A stretch of DNA of 63,863 nt, counting the filler, from Chiloscyllium plagiosum (taxonomy: Eukaryota): NCBI RefSeq assembly GCF_004010195.1. It is 7 parts of 7 records of this genome, joined end to end, with 100 filler letters (N's around TTAATTAATTAA, not from the genome) between each part and the next. Parts side by side here need not be neighbours in the genome. Positions count along the whole stretch, not along the records: positions 18,853 to 49,509 come from NC_057757.1; positions 49,610 to 51,878 come from NW_025179341.1; positions 51,979 to 53,553 come from NW_025162370.1; positions 53,654 to 56,117 come from NW_025181379.1; positions 56,218 to 58,096 come from NW_025173499.1; positions 58,197 to 63,863 come from NW_025213369.1; 1 more part is not named here. One strand, written 5' to 3'. The notes beneath the pieces are model-generated. The model saw only the letters and a list, made by a program, of their open reading frames with translations. It made no database searches and was not told the origin of the DNA. Positions within the stretch are counted from its first letter, which is position 1, and each line of letters starts with the position of its first letter. Shown here in pieces: positions 47,398-58,879 of the stretch. The translations under genes were made by a program, and so were the position numbers.

Positions 47398-48342
47398 GTC
47401 ATAGAGTCATAGAGTCTTAGAGCCATAGAGATGTACAGCATGGAAACAGACTCTTTGGTCCAACCCGTCCATGCTGACCAGATATCCCAACCCAATCTAG
47501 TCCCACCTGCCAGCACCCGGCCCATATCCCTCCAAACCCTTCCTATTCATATACCCATCCAAGTGCCTCTTAAATGTTGCAATTGTACCAGCCTCCACCA
47601 CTTCCTCTGGCAGCTCATTCCATACCCATGCCATCCTCTGCATGAAAAGGTTGCCCCATATGTCTCTTTTATATCTTTCCCCTCTCACCCTAAACCTATG
47701 CCCTCTAGTTCTGGACTCTCCGACCCCAGGGAAAAGACTTTGTCTATTTATCCTATCCATGCCCCCCATAATTTTGTAAGCCTCTACAAGTTCACCCTTC
47801 AGCCTCCGACGCTCCAGGGAGCCTGTTCAGCCTCTCCCTATAGCTCAAATCCTCCAACCCTGGCAACATCCTTGGAAATCATTTTTGAACCCTTTCAAGT
47901 TTCACAACATCTTTCCGATAGGAAGAGACAAGAATTGCATGCAGTATTCCTACAGAGGCTTAACCAATGTCCTGTACAGACGCAACATGACCTCCCAACC
48001 TCTGTACTCAATACTCTGACCAATAAAGGAAAGCATACCAAATGCCTTCTTCACTATCCTATCTACCTGCAGCTCCACTTTCGAGGAGCTATGGACCTGC
48101 ACTCCAAGGTCTCTTTGTTCAGCAACACTCCCTAGGACCTTACCATTAAGTGTATAAGTCCTGCTCAGATTTGCTTTCCCAAAATGCAGCACCCCGCATT
48201 TTTCTGAATCAAACTCCATCTGCCACTTCTCAGTTCATTGGCCCTTTTGGTCCAGATTCTGTTGTAATCTGAGGTAACCCTCTTCGCTGTCCACTACACC
48301 TCCAATTTTGGTATCATTTGCAAACTTACTAACTGTACCTCT
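47398..48342 (-). mobile_element. CR1 LINE 3' ~950 bp
   Basis: FADDTKIG through to the ctatgact tail. Confidence 0.9.
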
Positions 48343-48711
48343 TGGCTGCAATAAATGAAAATTGACAATCTTATGAGCAGAGTTTGGTTTGGTTTAGGGA
48401 TCAGATTACTTGTATGTTGGACATTTCATGTTAAAAAAATTGAAATATAGCAACAGGATAACCATGTGAGGAGCATGTTTATTGGTTGCATTGTTCGATT
48501 CCTTCATCATGTGTCAGTTGGGAGATCTGTCACTAGGTGCCATTTCAATCTTTTTTATAAACTTTCACCTGACAAAGAAATTTAAATTATAGATTTAACC
48601 TGTTGTGTCGGTACAGAAATTGCCCCTAAATGAGTGCCAATAGGAGTCTCTCAACTCCTACTATCATCTTATCGAGTCTGAACACTGGAAAATTCAGTTC
48701 CACAAGGCAAG

Positions 48712-49105
48712 TATTTTCCCTGGAGCATCAGAGGCTGAGGGGTGATCTTATAGAGGTTTATACAATCATGAGGGGCATGGATAGGATAAATAGACAAGGT
48801 CTTTTCCCTCAGGTGGGGGAATACAGAACGAGAGGGCATTGGTGTAGGGTGAGAGGGGAAAGATTTAAAAGGGATGACTGTTTCACACAAAGGATGGTAT
48901 GTATATGGAATGAGCTGTAGGAGGAAGTGGTGGAGGCTGTTACAATTACATTTAAAAGGCATCTGGATGGGTATATAAATAGAAAGGGTTTAGAGAAATA
49001 TGGGCCAAATGCTGGCAAATAGACTAGATTAGGTTAGGATATCTGGTCAGCATTGCCGAGGTGGACTGAAGGGTCTGTTTCCGTGCTGTACATCTCTATG
49101 ACTGT
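48712..49105 (+). mobile_element. CR1 LINE 3' end
   Basis: RLRGDLIEVYTIMRG. Confidence 0.85.
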
Positions 49106-49509
49106 CTGACAATTCCCTTAGCAGCCACAAGAGGTCCCAGTACATGGTGTTGCCTCAGGGAGGCCCAGCAATAGAGGTTGTCGTAGAGCGCAAATGCAAA
49201 ATTCAGTTTAGCGGAATGCAGTCTTTTTCAACTTGAGGATTAAAATACAAGAGTACACACCTATGAGCAGTTCTTATTCAAAATATGTCAGAGGAAATGC
49301 AGCAAAGAATGATGCCTGGGCACCAAAGGTTAAGTTACAAAGAGTGTTTACAAACTAGGGTTACATGCTCTGCAATTTTTGGTGGTAAAGGGCTGATTTG
49401 ATTGAAGCTTTCAAAATATACAGAAGAACATGTACAATCAATTTAAAGAAAAGGAAATATTTCTACTGGTTGGGAAGTCATCAGCTGGGGGCAGAGAGTA
49501 AAAAGTTTG

Positions 49510-49609
49510 NNNNNNNNNNNNNNNNNNNNNNNNNNNNNNNNNNNNNNNNNNNNTTAATTAATTAANNNNNNNNNNNNNNNNNNNNNNNNNNNNNNNNNNN
49601 NNNNNNNNN
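49510..49609. other. Artificial contig spacer
   Basis: 44 N + TTAATTAATTAA + 44 N. Confidence 0.97.
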
Positions 49610-50203
49610 AACAATGACATAAATTAGAGAATGACATCACACAAAATACGCAAAGTATTTTTGATCACGTTAAATATAATGAACAGAATTTCCATGGCTG
49701 TTCACCGCTCCTGTAACACTTTAGAACTCTGCAAAGATAATAATAATTATTTATTATAATTTGTCCAAAATTGGGATGTGATGTGGCAGTCTGTGTGACC
49801 AGCAGCACTTGCACCTAAGGGTTATGAACATGGAAATGAGCTCATTATATTCAGATTACTCTTGTCACAAGTATCAATAGATGGTCTTAAGTGAGAGACA
49901 AACTCTGAAAGAAAGGTCATTCCATGGGTTACATGATGGTATCTTCGATGATTTTACTTTTTTCACAGGTTTCACTTGTTACAAAGCCAGTGTTCTTTAG
50001 GAATAATTACACAGGGTATGTTATAGGTAATCACAAATGCTTTCACAGATCAAAATACATCAACAATAGTAAGCATCGTTTCAACAATTGTTGGAGTTGC
50101 CATTTTGAAGGTGGTGTCTTCACCCTGTGAAGGAGTAATCTGAAGATTGGCTGTTTGTATCATAAAAAGGCATTTTTCATTGACTTTGATTTTTGTTTCA
50201 TAG

Positions 50204-50512
50204 AAGATACCGAGTGCCACCCTAACATCGTTAAAATCCTCCCACCACCAGTAGAACAAGTCTTACTGGAGGCGACGGTGACGTTAACCTGCGTTGTGTC
50301 CAATCTTCCTTCTGGAGTCAACGTGACCTGGAAACAAGAAAATAAGCCTCTGAAATCAGAGATTGCTGAGCAGCCTGGACAGAATCCCGACAGCGTGATC
50401 AGCAAATTAGACATTTCTGCTGAAGCCTGGCTGAGTGGCGTTACTTTTGAATGTGTGATGTACCATCAGAATCTACCGACTCCGCTGAGAGACTCCATCC
50501 ACAAGGAGAAAG
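50204..50512 (+). CDS. IGHM: IgM heavy chain Cmu3 exon (copy 1)
   Basis: [22 protein letters not shown]...[10 protein letters not shown]...[12 protein letters not shown], typical of shark mu; tttcatag acceptor, GTGAG donor, phase 1-1. Confidence 0.92.
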
Positions 50513-50967
50513 GTGAGCGGTGAGACTAAAACACAAAGGATCCCATGTGTAATCCAGATCCAGTTACATCAATGGCTGGCTTTGATTGGGAATGAACCAA
50601 CACCGTTGGGAGCATTAATGATGCATCTGAAGGCAGGATAGCTCAGTAGAATTAAGAAAAAGATGGACCAAAGGATATTGTATTCTTATTATGTCAGGTA
50701 AACTGGGAAGAAGCCTGGGTTGTGACGTCACCATCAGCAATGACAAATGGACAGAATGCCCTCGTTGTGGGCTGGAAACATGGAGGCAACTTTCACATTA
50801 AACTTTCCTTTTTTTTACTGAACAGTATGTGTACCATACTGATCCTTTAAAAAAACGAAAGTGAATAAATCCCAAATTAAACATGGCGTATTTTAATATT
50901 TAGTGAAGTCGTGATATTGGTTCAGGATGTTTTTGGTTGATTTATATTTGTCTCAAATATTCTGCAG

Positions 50968-51359
50968 TGATTAATCCGATGGAACCATCAGTGTCGGTCC
51001 TCCTGCCACCAACAGAAGAAATCTCCGCTCAGAGGTTTCTCTCCCTCACCTGTTTAGTGAGAGGTTTCTCCCCCCGAGAGATCTTCGTCAAGTGGACAAA
51101 CAATGACAAGCCGGTGAATCCCAGTAACTACAAGAACACTGAGGTCATGGCGGAGAGCGACAACACCTCCTTCTTCATGTACAGCCTGTTATCCCTTACA
51201 GCGGAGGAGTGGGCCAGCGGTGCTTCTTACTCCTGTGTGGTGGGACATGAAGCGATTCCATTGAAGATCATCAACAGAACAGTCGATAAATCCAGCGGTA
51301 AATCGAGTTTCATAAACATTTCACTTGTACTGATGGACACTGTTAATTCATGTCAATAA
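50968..51359 (+). CDS. IGHM: IgM Cmu4 plus secretory tailpiece (copy 1)
   Basis: [17 protein letters not shown]...[17 protein letters not shown]...[14 protein letters not shown]. Internal membrane-form donor G|GTAAAT at 51298. AATAAA at 51355-51360. Confidence 0.95.
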
Positions 51360-51878
51360 AAATCTCAAAGTTGCATTTAATAATTCAACAGAAGTAATGA
51401 AGTTTTTTTTTCCTCCAGCTGTGAGTTAAATACTGAATTAGTTGTTTCCCACTCTGACTTACATTCCATCTGTGTAGTTAACGTGGATTCTTCACAGGTC
51501 TAGGACGAGTGTCTTGTGCAGTTAATGTTCTCTGTTCAGATACACCCTCGGTCAGAGATAGAGTAAAGCTCACTCATTGCAGGATTCCGCCAAGTAACAT
51601 TTCCATCCTAAATCCCTCTGTGACAAAATCTGACAATGTCCATTTTATGTCAAGGGTAGGGCACGAGTTTTGAACTTAGTGTTTTTGATTCCCCCGATTG
51701 GACATTCTTACAAAATCCATGTCAGTTTTAAACTGCCAAATTACACCAATTGGAAATGTAAATTTAAGACACTTTAAAATTAAATTTGATTGCAACATAC
51801 CAATCGTAAAGAGTGCAGAACAGTTTGAATGTAACCTTTGTTTCAGGGGAACTGCCAGGGATCTTGCGCCAGCGCATG

Positions 51879-51978
51879 NNNNNNNNNNNNNNNNNNNNNN
51901 NNNNNNNNNNNNNNNNNNNNNNTTAATTAATTAANNNNNNNNNNNNNNNNNNNNNNNNNNNNNNNNNNNNNNNNNNNN
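51879..51978. other. Artificial contig spacer
   Basis: 44 N + TTAATTAATTAA + 44 N. Confidence 0.97.
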
Positions 51979-52862
51979 GAATAACTGGGTACCAAGGACT
52001 GACCCCTGTAGCATGACAATTGGTAACTACCTGCCATTCAGAAAAAGACTTGTTGTGTCTGTCCTGCCAACCAGTTCCCAATCCATGTCAGTACATGACC
52101 CCCAATCCTCTTGTTCGTTGGGATTTCCCTGATTCAGTTGAATATATTTCATCCTGTCAGATCTTTGCTTTCCTCAGGTCCTGTTCAATGTCACCCCTGC
52201 ATTTTCTATCCTCCTCTCAGCTTTCTGCAGGTTTGATCTCCAGATAACCAACATCACCTTCCCTGTTTAGTCTTCCCTACTCTGCTGCCTTTTGACATCC
52301 CAGGCTGAGAGTCTATATCTGGGAGTCCCACACATACTCATTGTGGGAAAAGATTCTGAACAATCTTTGTCTCATCCTTCGAGGCCTCCCACTGCCCTGA
52401 CCCTGATTTTCCATCATGTACTTGGTTTCAGTCCACTTTTGCTAAATCACTGCACAGTTCAGTAAGATATTTCATTCCCAAATGAAATTTTTTACACTTG
52501 CTCCATTGTTCTCCATTTCCATCCGTACTCTCAATCTCACTGAGTTCTGATCACTGTCACTGAAATGCTCCCCCATTGATAGCCCTTCCAGCTGCCCATA
52601 TTCATTCCATAAACAATGGTCCAAAACTGTCCTTTCTCTTTCACCATCACCTTCTCAGGGGCAATTAGGAATGGGCAATGAATGCTGGACCTGGCAGTGA
52701 CTCTCATATCCCAAGAAGCCATTTAAACAATACCTGTTCTTTTGTCGGGGTTTATTCTGTATTGACCACAAATGTTCAATAAGATTGTATTGCCAGTGAA
52801 TATACTGAGAGTCAAAATCCATTTGTTTGGCAGGGATTAAAATTGTTTCTCTTGTCTTTCAG

Positions 52863-53186
52863 GCCGTGAGAACTCCCAGCTCAAGCTGACCCTGCTGCCC
52901 ACCTCCCCGGAGCAGGTCAATGTCAAGGGCACTGCCACCCTGGTGTGCCTTGCCAATCACTTCTATCCCGATGAGCTGGAGGTGCAGTGGAAGAAGGACG
53001 GTGCAGTCATTTCGGACGGGGTTCAGACCAGCAACTACCTGCGAGCTTCGGACAGCACCTACAGTGTCAGCAGCCTGCTGACCCTCTCTGGGTCTGACTG
53101 GGCGTCCAACGCTCGCTTCTCCTGTGCCCTCACCCACGTGACCCTCCCGTCTCAGAAAGAACATCAGGAGATCAGAATGTGTGTAG
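52863..53186 (+). pseudogene. IGKC: Ig kappa (shark type III / NS4-like) light-chain C exon with a frameshift near the 3' end
   Basis: KGTATLVCLANHFYPDE...QTSNYLRASDSTYS...NARFSCALTH. The ancestral end LRKNIRRSECV* (TAG 53184-53186) is out of frame after ~53150. Confidence 0.8.
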
Positions 53187-53553
53187 ATTGTTTGAGACAG
53201 TCCACAGAGGAGACACAACTTTACTTAGAACAGGGCTGAGCTGGCAGGACAAAGGTCATTGTTAGCACTGAATTTCAACTCTCTTCCTTCTCAGAACTGC
53301 TCAGAGATATGTCTGAGGTTTGGATGTTGAAGTAGGTCACTGCGACAATGTCGAGAGACTTTACGCTATGTCAAACCTCATGCTGTCCTTGTCCGGGGAG
53401 TGTTTGATGGGGAAGTGTTGACTGTATGTCGAGTAAAATCTCTTGAAGTTGCTGAAGACTGTCAGCTACACAAAACAATGTGACCCTTAGAAGTCTCTGC
53501 TTCAGTAAACCAGACCTTTCGGGCGGCACGGTGATGCAGTGGTTAGCACTGCT

Positions 53554-53653
53554 NNNNNNNNNNNNNNNNNNNNNNNNNNNNNNNNNNNNNNNNNNNNTTA
53601 ATTAATTAANNNNNNNNNNNNNNNNNNNNNNNNNNNNNNNNNNNNNNNNNNNN
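53554..53653. other. Artificial contig spacer
   Basis: 44 N + TTAATTAATTAA + 44 N. Confidence 0.97.
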
Positions 53654-53713
53654 TTGTGGTGTACCATCAGAATCTACCGACTCCGCTGAGAGACTCCATC
53701 CACAAGGACAAAG
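53654..53713 (+). CDS. IGHM: IgM Cmu3 exon, 3' end only (copy 2)
   Basis: [19 protein letters not shown]|GTGAG, nearly identical to copy 1. Confidence 0.85.
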
Positions 53714-54169
53714 GTGAGCGGTGAGATTAAAGCACAAACGATCTCATGTGTAATCCAGATCCAGTTACATCAATGGGCAGGCTTTGATTGGTAGTGAACA
53801 AACACTGTTGGGAGCATTAATGATGCATCTGAAGGCAGGAGAGCTAAGTAGCTGATTCAGAAAAAGATGGACCAAAGGATATTGTATTCTGATTAAGTCA
53901 GATAAGGTGGGAAGAAGCCAGGGTTGTGACGCCACCATCAGCAATGACAAATGGACAGAATGCTCTTGTTGTGGGCTGGAAACTTGGAGACAACGTTCAT
54001 ATTAAACTTTCCTTTTTTTACTGAACAGTATGCGTACCATTCTGCTCCTTTAGAAAATGAAAGTGAATAAATCCCAAATTAAACATTGCGTATTTTAATA
54101 TTTAGTGAAATTGTGATATCGGTTCAGGATTTTTTTGGTTGATTTATATTTGTCTCAAAGATTCTGCAG

Positions 54170-54561
54170 TGATTAATCCGCTGGAGCCATTAGTGTCGGT
54201 CCTCCTGCCACCAACAGAAGAAATCTCCGCTCAGAGGTTTCTCTACCTCACCTGTTTAGTGAGAGGTTTCTCCCCCCGAAAGATCTTCGTCAAGTGGACA
54301 AACAATGACAAGCCGGTGAATCCCAGTCACTACAAGAACACCGAGGTGATGGCGGAGAGTGACAACACCTCCTTCTTCATCTACAGCCTGTTATCCATTA
54401 CAGCGGAGGAGTGGGCCAGCGGTGCTTCTTACTCCTGTGTGGTGGGACATGAAGCGATTCCATTGAATATCATCAACAGAACAGTCGATAAATCCAGCGG
54501 TAAACCGAGTTTTGTAAACATTTCACTTGCACTGATGGACACAGTTAATTCATGTCAATAA
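54170..54561 (+). CDS. IGHM: IgM Cmu4 plus secretory tailpiece (copy 2)
   Basis: Open frame ending [20 protein letters not shown]. Intron and 3' flank are colinear with copy 1. Confidence 0.93.
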
Positions 54562-56117
54562 AAATCTCAAAGTTGCATTTAATAATTCAACAGAAGTAAT
54601 GAAGTGTTTTTTTTTCCTCCAGCTGTGTGTTAAATACTGAATTAGTTGTTTCTCACTCTGACTTACATTCCATCTGTGTAGTTAAAGTGGATTATTAACA
54701 GATCTGTAACAAGTGTCTTGTGCAGTTAATCTTCCCTGATCAGATACACCCTGGGTCAGAGACAGAGTAAAGATCACTCATTGCAGGATTCCACCAAGTA
54801 CCTTATCCATCCTAAATCCCTCTGTGACAAAATCTGACAATGTCCATTTTATGTCAAGGGTAGGGCACGAGTTTTGAACTTGGTGTTTTTGATTCCCCCA
54901 ATTGGACATTCTGACAAAATTCATGTCAGTTTTAAACTGCCAAATTGCACCAATTGGAAATGTAAATTTAAGACACTTTAAAATTAAATTTGATTGGAAC
55001 ATACCAATCGTAAAGAGTGCGGGACAGTTTGAATGTAACCTTTGTTTCTGGGGAACTGCCAGGGATCTTGCGCCAGCGCATGAGTTGACAGAATGCATCT
55101 TCACTTTCACACCAAAGAGAATCAACAGATAAGTTGTTGTGGAGCAGAGGGGAGGGGAACGATGAATGGTCTGTCCTCTTGCTCCCTGTGCAGAGTTTTC
55201 ATGGTGGATGTCCTCTGTAATGTCACCCAGTTGCGAACAGGAACAGTCAGCTTCTGGCTTACTGTCCAAAGATTTTACATTTCCATGCAAAACAATACCT
55301 TTGAAGCATGTTAGACACGCTTGGCTCTGTTAAAAAATGATAACATTGATTCCCATAATCCAAAACTGGTGTTTGCATCGTCCCAGTTTGAATTCCATAC
55401 TTTTGTCTCGGTTTTCTGGAGCACATGGGATCAATTCTGGTATTTGAATACCTGATATCATTTTGTTTCACATACAAAACACAAGTAGACATTTTCTAAT
55501 AAACATATTCAGAAATGTTATCTCTGGGGCAGTGGGGATTTGAACTCACGCCTTTTCTCTCAGAGACAGAAGTTCTATCACTGCAACAGAGGAGTTGCTC
55601 ATAAAATGCGTATCTCTCCACGACGATGGGAAATGTTTCCTGCAACACCAAGGTGAAATCTAATTATGGGAAATGCATTAAAATTAAAACAATAAATTAG
55701 AATAATGAAAATTGCAGTCTGGTATAAGAACAGATACAGAGAGATGATCGCAAATACACACGTAATGACACATATATGGGCTCTCATCTCAAGACACATA
55801 TTTCTGTGCACACTCAAATGTGCATATAGATAAGATGTCACACACGCATACTCGCACAGAGCCACACATGCAAGTGGTACTTGAACACTCAGCTAAGCTC
55901 ATACAAAAACTCACATACACCGAAAGAAAATCATTTGCACAAATGAACAGGAGTACTCACATATAACCATGAGAAACATCGACACACAGTAACACACAAA
56001 TGGGCATGAATACATATACATTCATACAGCACAATGCGTACAGACATACACGTATGAACACACAGACACAAATTCCGAAAAAGGTCCTCCCACATGTCAA
56101 CTCACACAGGCACGTAA

Positions 56118-56217
56118 NNNNNNNNNNNNNNNNNNNNNNNNNNNNNNNNNNNNNNNNNNNNTTAATTAATTAANNNNNNNNNNNNNNNNNNNNNNNNNNN
56201 NNNNNNNNNNNNNNNNN
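56118..56217. other. Artificial contig spacer
   Basis: 44 N + TTAATTAATTAA + 44 N. Confidence 0.97.
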
Positions 56218-56626
56218 TCTGGTCTCTGCTTCCCTCTGTCACTCTCACCCTCTCCCTGCCCCTCTCTGTCTCTCCCTCAATCATGTCTTTCTTCTTCTCT
56301 GTTTCTTTCATTCTGTTTCTCTCTCTGAGATGTGTCCAGCTGGGCTCGGGAGGTTTGTCAAATTTATTTTTTGATATTAAATCTTGCAGTCATTCTTCAC
56401 ACATGGCCATGGAGTGTAAGAGGAAAACTTGAGGCCTTCTGTGAGCGGTGGACACCACAGGGACTGGAATGTGTCGTGGACAGTGACAATCCCAGCATGG
56501 GGTAATTTGTTCAGTTTCATTTATATATTACTGTGTTTGTATCAGTTATAAGGAGGTGTGTCTATTATTATGTATAACATATAATTATGAATGTATCAGT
56601 ACAGGAGGTGGTGCTGTGTGTATTGA

Positions 56627-56654
56627 GGTTTTTGTACGGCTCTATATCACTGTG
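56627..56654 (-). other. Recombination signal sequence, 12-bp spacer
   Basis: CACAGTG atatagagccgt ACAAAAACC: consensus heptamer and nonamer. Confidence 0.97.
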
Positions 56655-56936
56655 TAGAGGGTAGCTGTTATACTGCTGACAGTAATAGTCAGCGACATCA
56701 TCATTCTGAACGTTGCTGATTGTCAGGGTGAAACTGGTCCCTGATCCACTGCCGGTGAATCGATCGGAGACTCCTGTGAATCGAGTTGCTGTATAATAGA
56801 CCAGGAGAGAGGGTTTCTGACCTTCTCGCTGCTGGTACCAGCTAACCCACTTGCTAACAGATTTACTGGCCGTACAGGTGATGGTTGAAGTCTGGCCCAG
56901 TCCCACTGACAGCACCGGGGGAGACTGGGTCATGAT
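56655..56936 (-). pseudogene. IGKV: Unrearranged Ig kappa V segment; open frame, but leader and canonical acceptor not found
   Basis: [21 protein letters not shown]...[13 protein letters not shown]...[13 protein letters not shown]...[11 protein letters not shown] followed by a 12-RSS. Confidence 0.8.
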
Positions 56937-57019
56937 GTGGCACAGACAGCCTCACAGGGAGTTAACACCTTCAATACCTTATCTGAGCCGACATGACACC
57001 AATTGTTAAAGAGAATGTA

Positions 57020-57275
57020 ACTTTTAAAAAACGTTTTACAATTTACATATGAAAGAACTGAAACCAACATGGTCATTCTAAAAGGTGAGCGACTTAACAA
57101 ACAATCAGGTCTTTTTCAATATATAATTCCAGTTACATCACACTGGAAACTTTTGCTATAAATTCAGTGTCTTATAATCTTATTCTCCATAACCACCTGA
57201 TGAAGGAGCAGTGCTCTGAAAGCTAGTGCTTCCAAATAAACCTGTTGGACTATAACCTGGTGTTGTGTGATTTAT
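57020..57275. mobile_element. Penelope-associated repeat (same family as 7990-8725)
   Basis: aaacctgttggactataacctggtgttgtgtgatttt terminus shared with 7990-8030 in reverse complement. Confidence 0.6.
57194..57228 (+). ncRNA. Minimal hammerhead ribozyme-like motif
   Basis: cac CTGATGA a GGAGC-agt-GCTCT GAAA GC T A gtg. Confidence 0.55.
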
Positions 57276-58096
57276 AACCAGGATAACATTGGAATGGTCA
57301 TGTTTGGAGTCCCCATGACATTGCTGAGATTTTCAGTGGCTGATCTTTGTGATGTGGAGGATATGGGGCTCAGATCAGCCTCAAAGATGAGGCTAAAATT
57401 GTAAAGAGTTTGGTTGAGCAGCGGACAGTGCTCAGGGAGAGGGATGGAGTTTATACCAGGATCTGAAGGGGATGGCTTTGATCTTCCCAATGTGTTTCCC
57501 AGTGAGCCTGGCTCCTCAGTCCTGACTGCTCTTAGCTGCTGTGATTGTCACTGATTGGACACTTATTATTAGAGATTCTAACCACAGCAGAAAGCCCCAG
57601 TGTAAAAAATAACTGCAAAGACTGTCAGAGCGCAAGGTTGAAACTTCACCAAGAGAGGAAGTGAAAGAAGGATCTCGGAGCAGCTGGACATTTGTTACTG
57701 AGACGGGAGAAAACTGTGAATTGTCTGAACTCCCTGGAATCTGACAGCACAGGAGGAGGCCATTCAGCCCATCGTGCCTTTGAATGACCCAATTAGTCCC
57801 ACTGCTCCTCTCTCTCCCCATAACCCAGCAAATCTTTCCTTTTCAGCTCAATCTCCAATTCCCATTTATAGACCTGGGGCCACAGAATGAGACTGTCCTG
57901 AAGCTGGTTCCAAATTGGCATCTCATTCATTCATTGGGAGACAAACTGCCTGGGCTGGGAAATGGAGCTCAGGACCCTGAACATTCCCTCTCCCCTCCTG
58001 AGGGACACTTCATTTGGTTTGTATATTCACTCGTGGGAAGTGTGCTTCAAAGGCTGGGCCAGCATTTTTTACCCTGTCCCTAGTTGCCCTTGAGGA

Positions 58097-58196
58097 NNNN
58101 NNNNNNNNNNNNNNNNNNNNNNNNNNNNNNNNNNNNNNNNTTAATTAATTAANNNNNNNNNNNNNNNNNNNNNNNNNNNNNNNNNNNNNNNNNNNN
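58097..58196. other. Artificial contig spacer
   Basis: 44 N + TTAATTAATTAA + 44 N. Confidence 0.97.
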
Positions 58197-58879
58197 AATT
58201 TTAAATCTCTGACAATTTCCAATTGAAAAATCCCAATCATCATATGTTATTAATTTAACACTATACTTCCCTGGAATAAAGCAATATAATGTGTGATTGC
58301 CTTGCTAAAAATGCGGGAAGCTTCATTCCTATTGTATGATTAAGAAATAGCTCTGTCCATTCAGTGAAAACACAGTCAAATCACACAAAAGGAAACCATG
58401 TCATCTTGTGTAGACACACAAGTGCCTCAAATAATTTTCAATTCTTCCAGTGGTTGTTTGAATCTCTGGACAGGTGTGGAAGTGTCAGACTTTTTATATC
58501 GCCTTGAGAAACTAGTTGTCATCAGTGTATTTGAATTGCTGAAGTTTGTGTGGTATTAGCACATTCACAGCGCTGTTAGGAAGTGAGTCCCATGGCTGTG
58601 ATTGAGGAAGAGGAAACAGGCAGAGAAATAGTTGAGAGTCAAGTTGAAGTCTGATTTGGAGGAAAGCTTTCAGGAGAAGCATTTACAAGCATGTGCGCCC
58701 TTATCCTCAAGGATCACAATGTTGGAACATGCTTCCGAAGGGACATGTCAGCAAACTGGAAGCTGAAGAAGGCACCTCGGCCCCTCTAGAATGCTATTCC
58801 ATTCATGGGATCATCATTAATCTTGCTGCTCACCAGTCTTCCCAACATTCGATAACATTGAACCTGATTGTTTAATGTT

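Noticed and set aside
47431-48135. 234-aa plus-strand ORF and similar ORFs elsewhere
   Set aside because: Antisense frames of CR1 LINE ORF2 fragments; no intact autonomous LINE is present in the window.
53654-53656. Loss of the second Cys of Cmu3 in copy 2
   Set aside because: The codon is cut by the contig edge and terminal bases are unreliable.
50204-54561. IgNAR or IgW assignment for the heavy-chain C exons
   Set aside because: The motifs and the ...MDTVNSCQ tailpiece are those of shark IgM.
55525-55555. tRNA gene (tRNA-like 3' half on the minus strand)
   Set aside because: Only a B-box fragment is present and no cloverleaf can be built. The HE1 heads are likewise SINEs, not tRNA genes.
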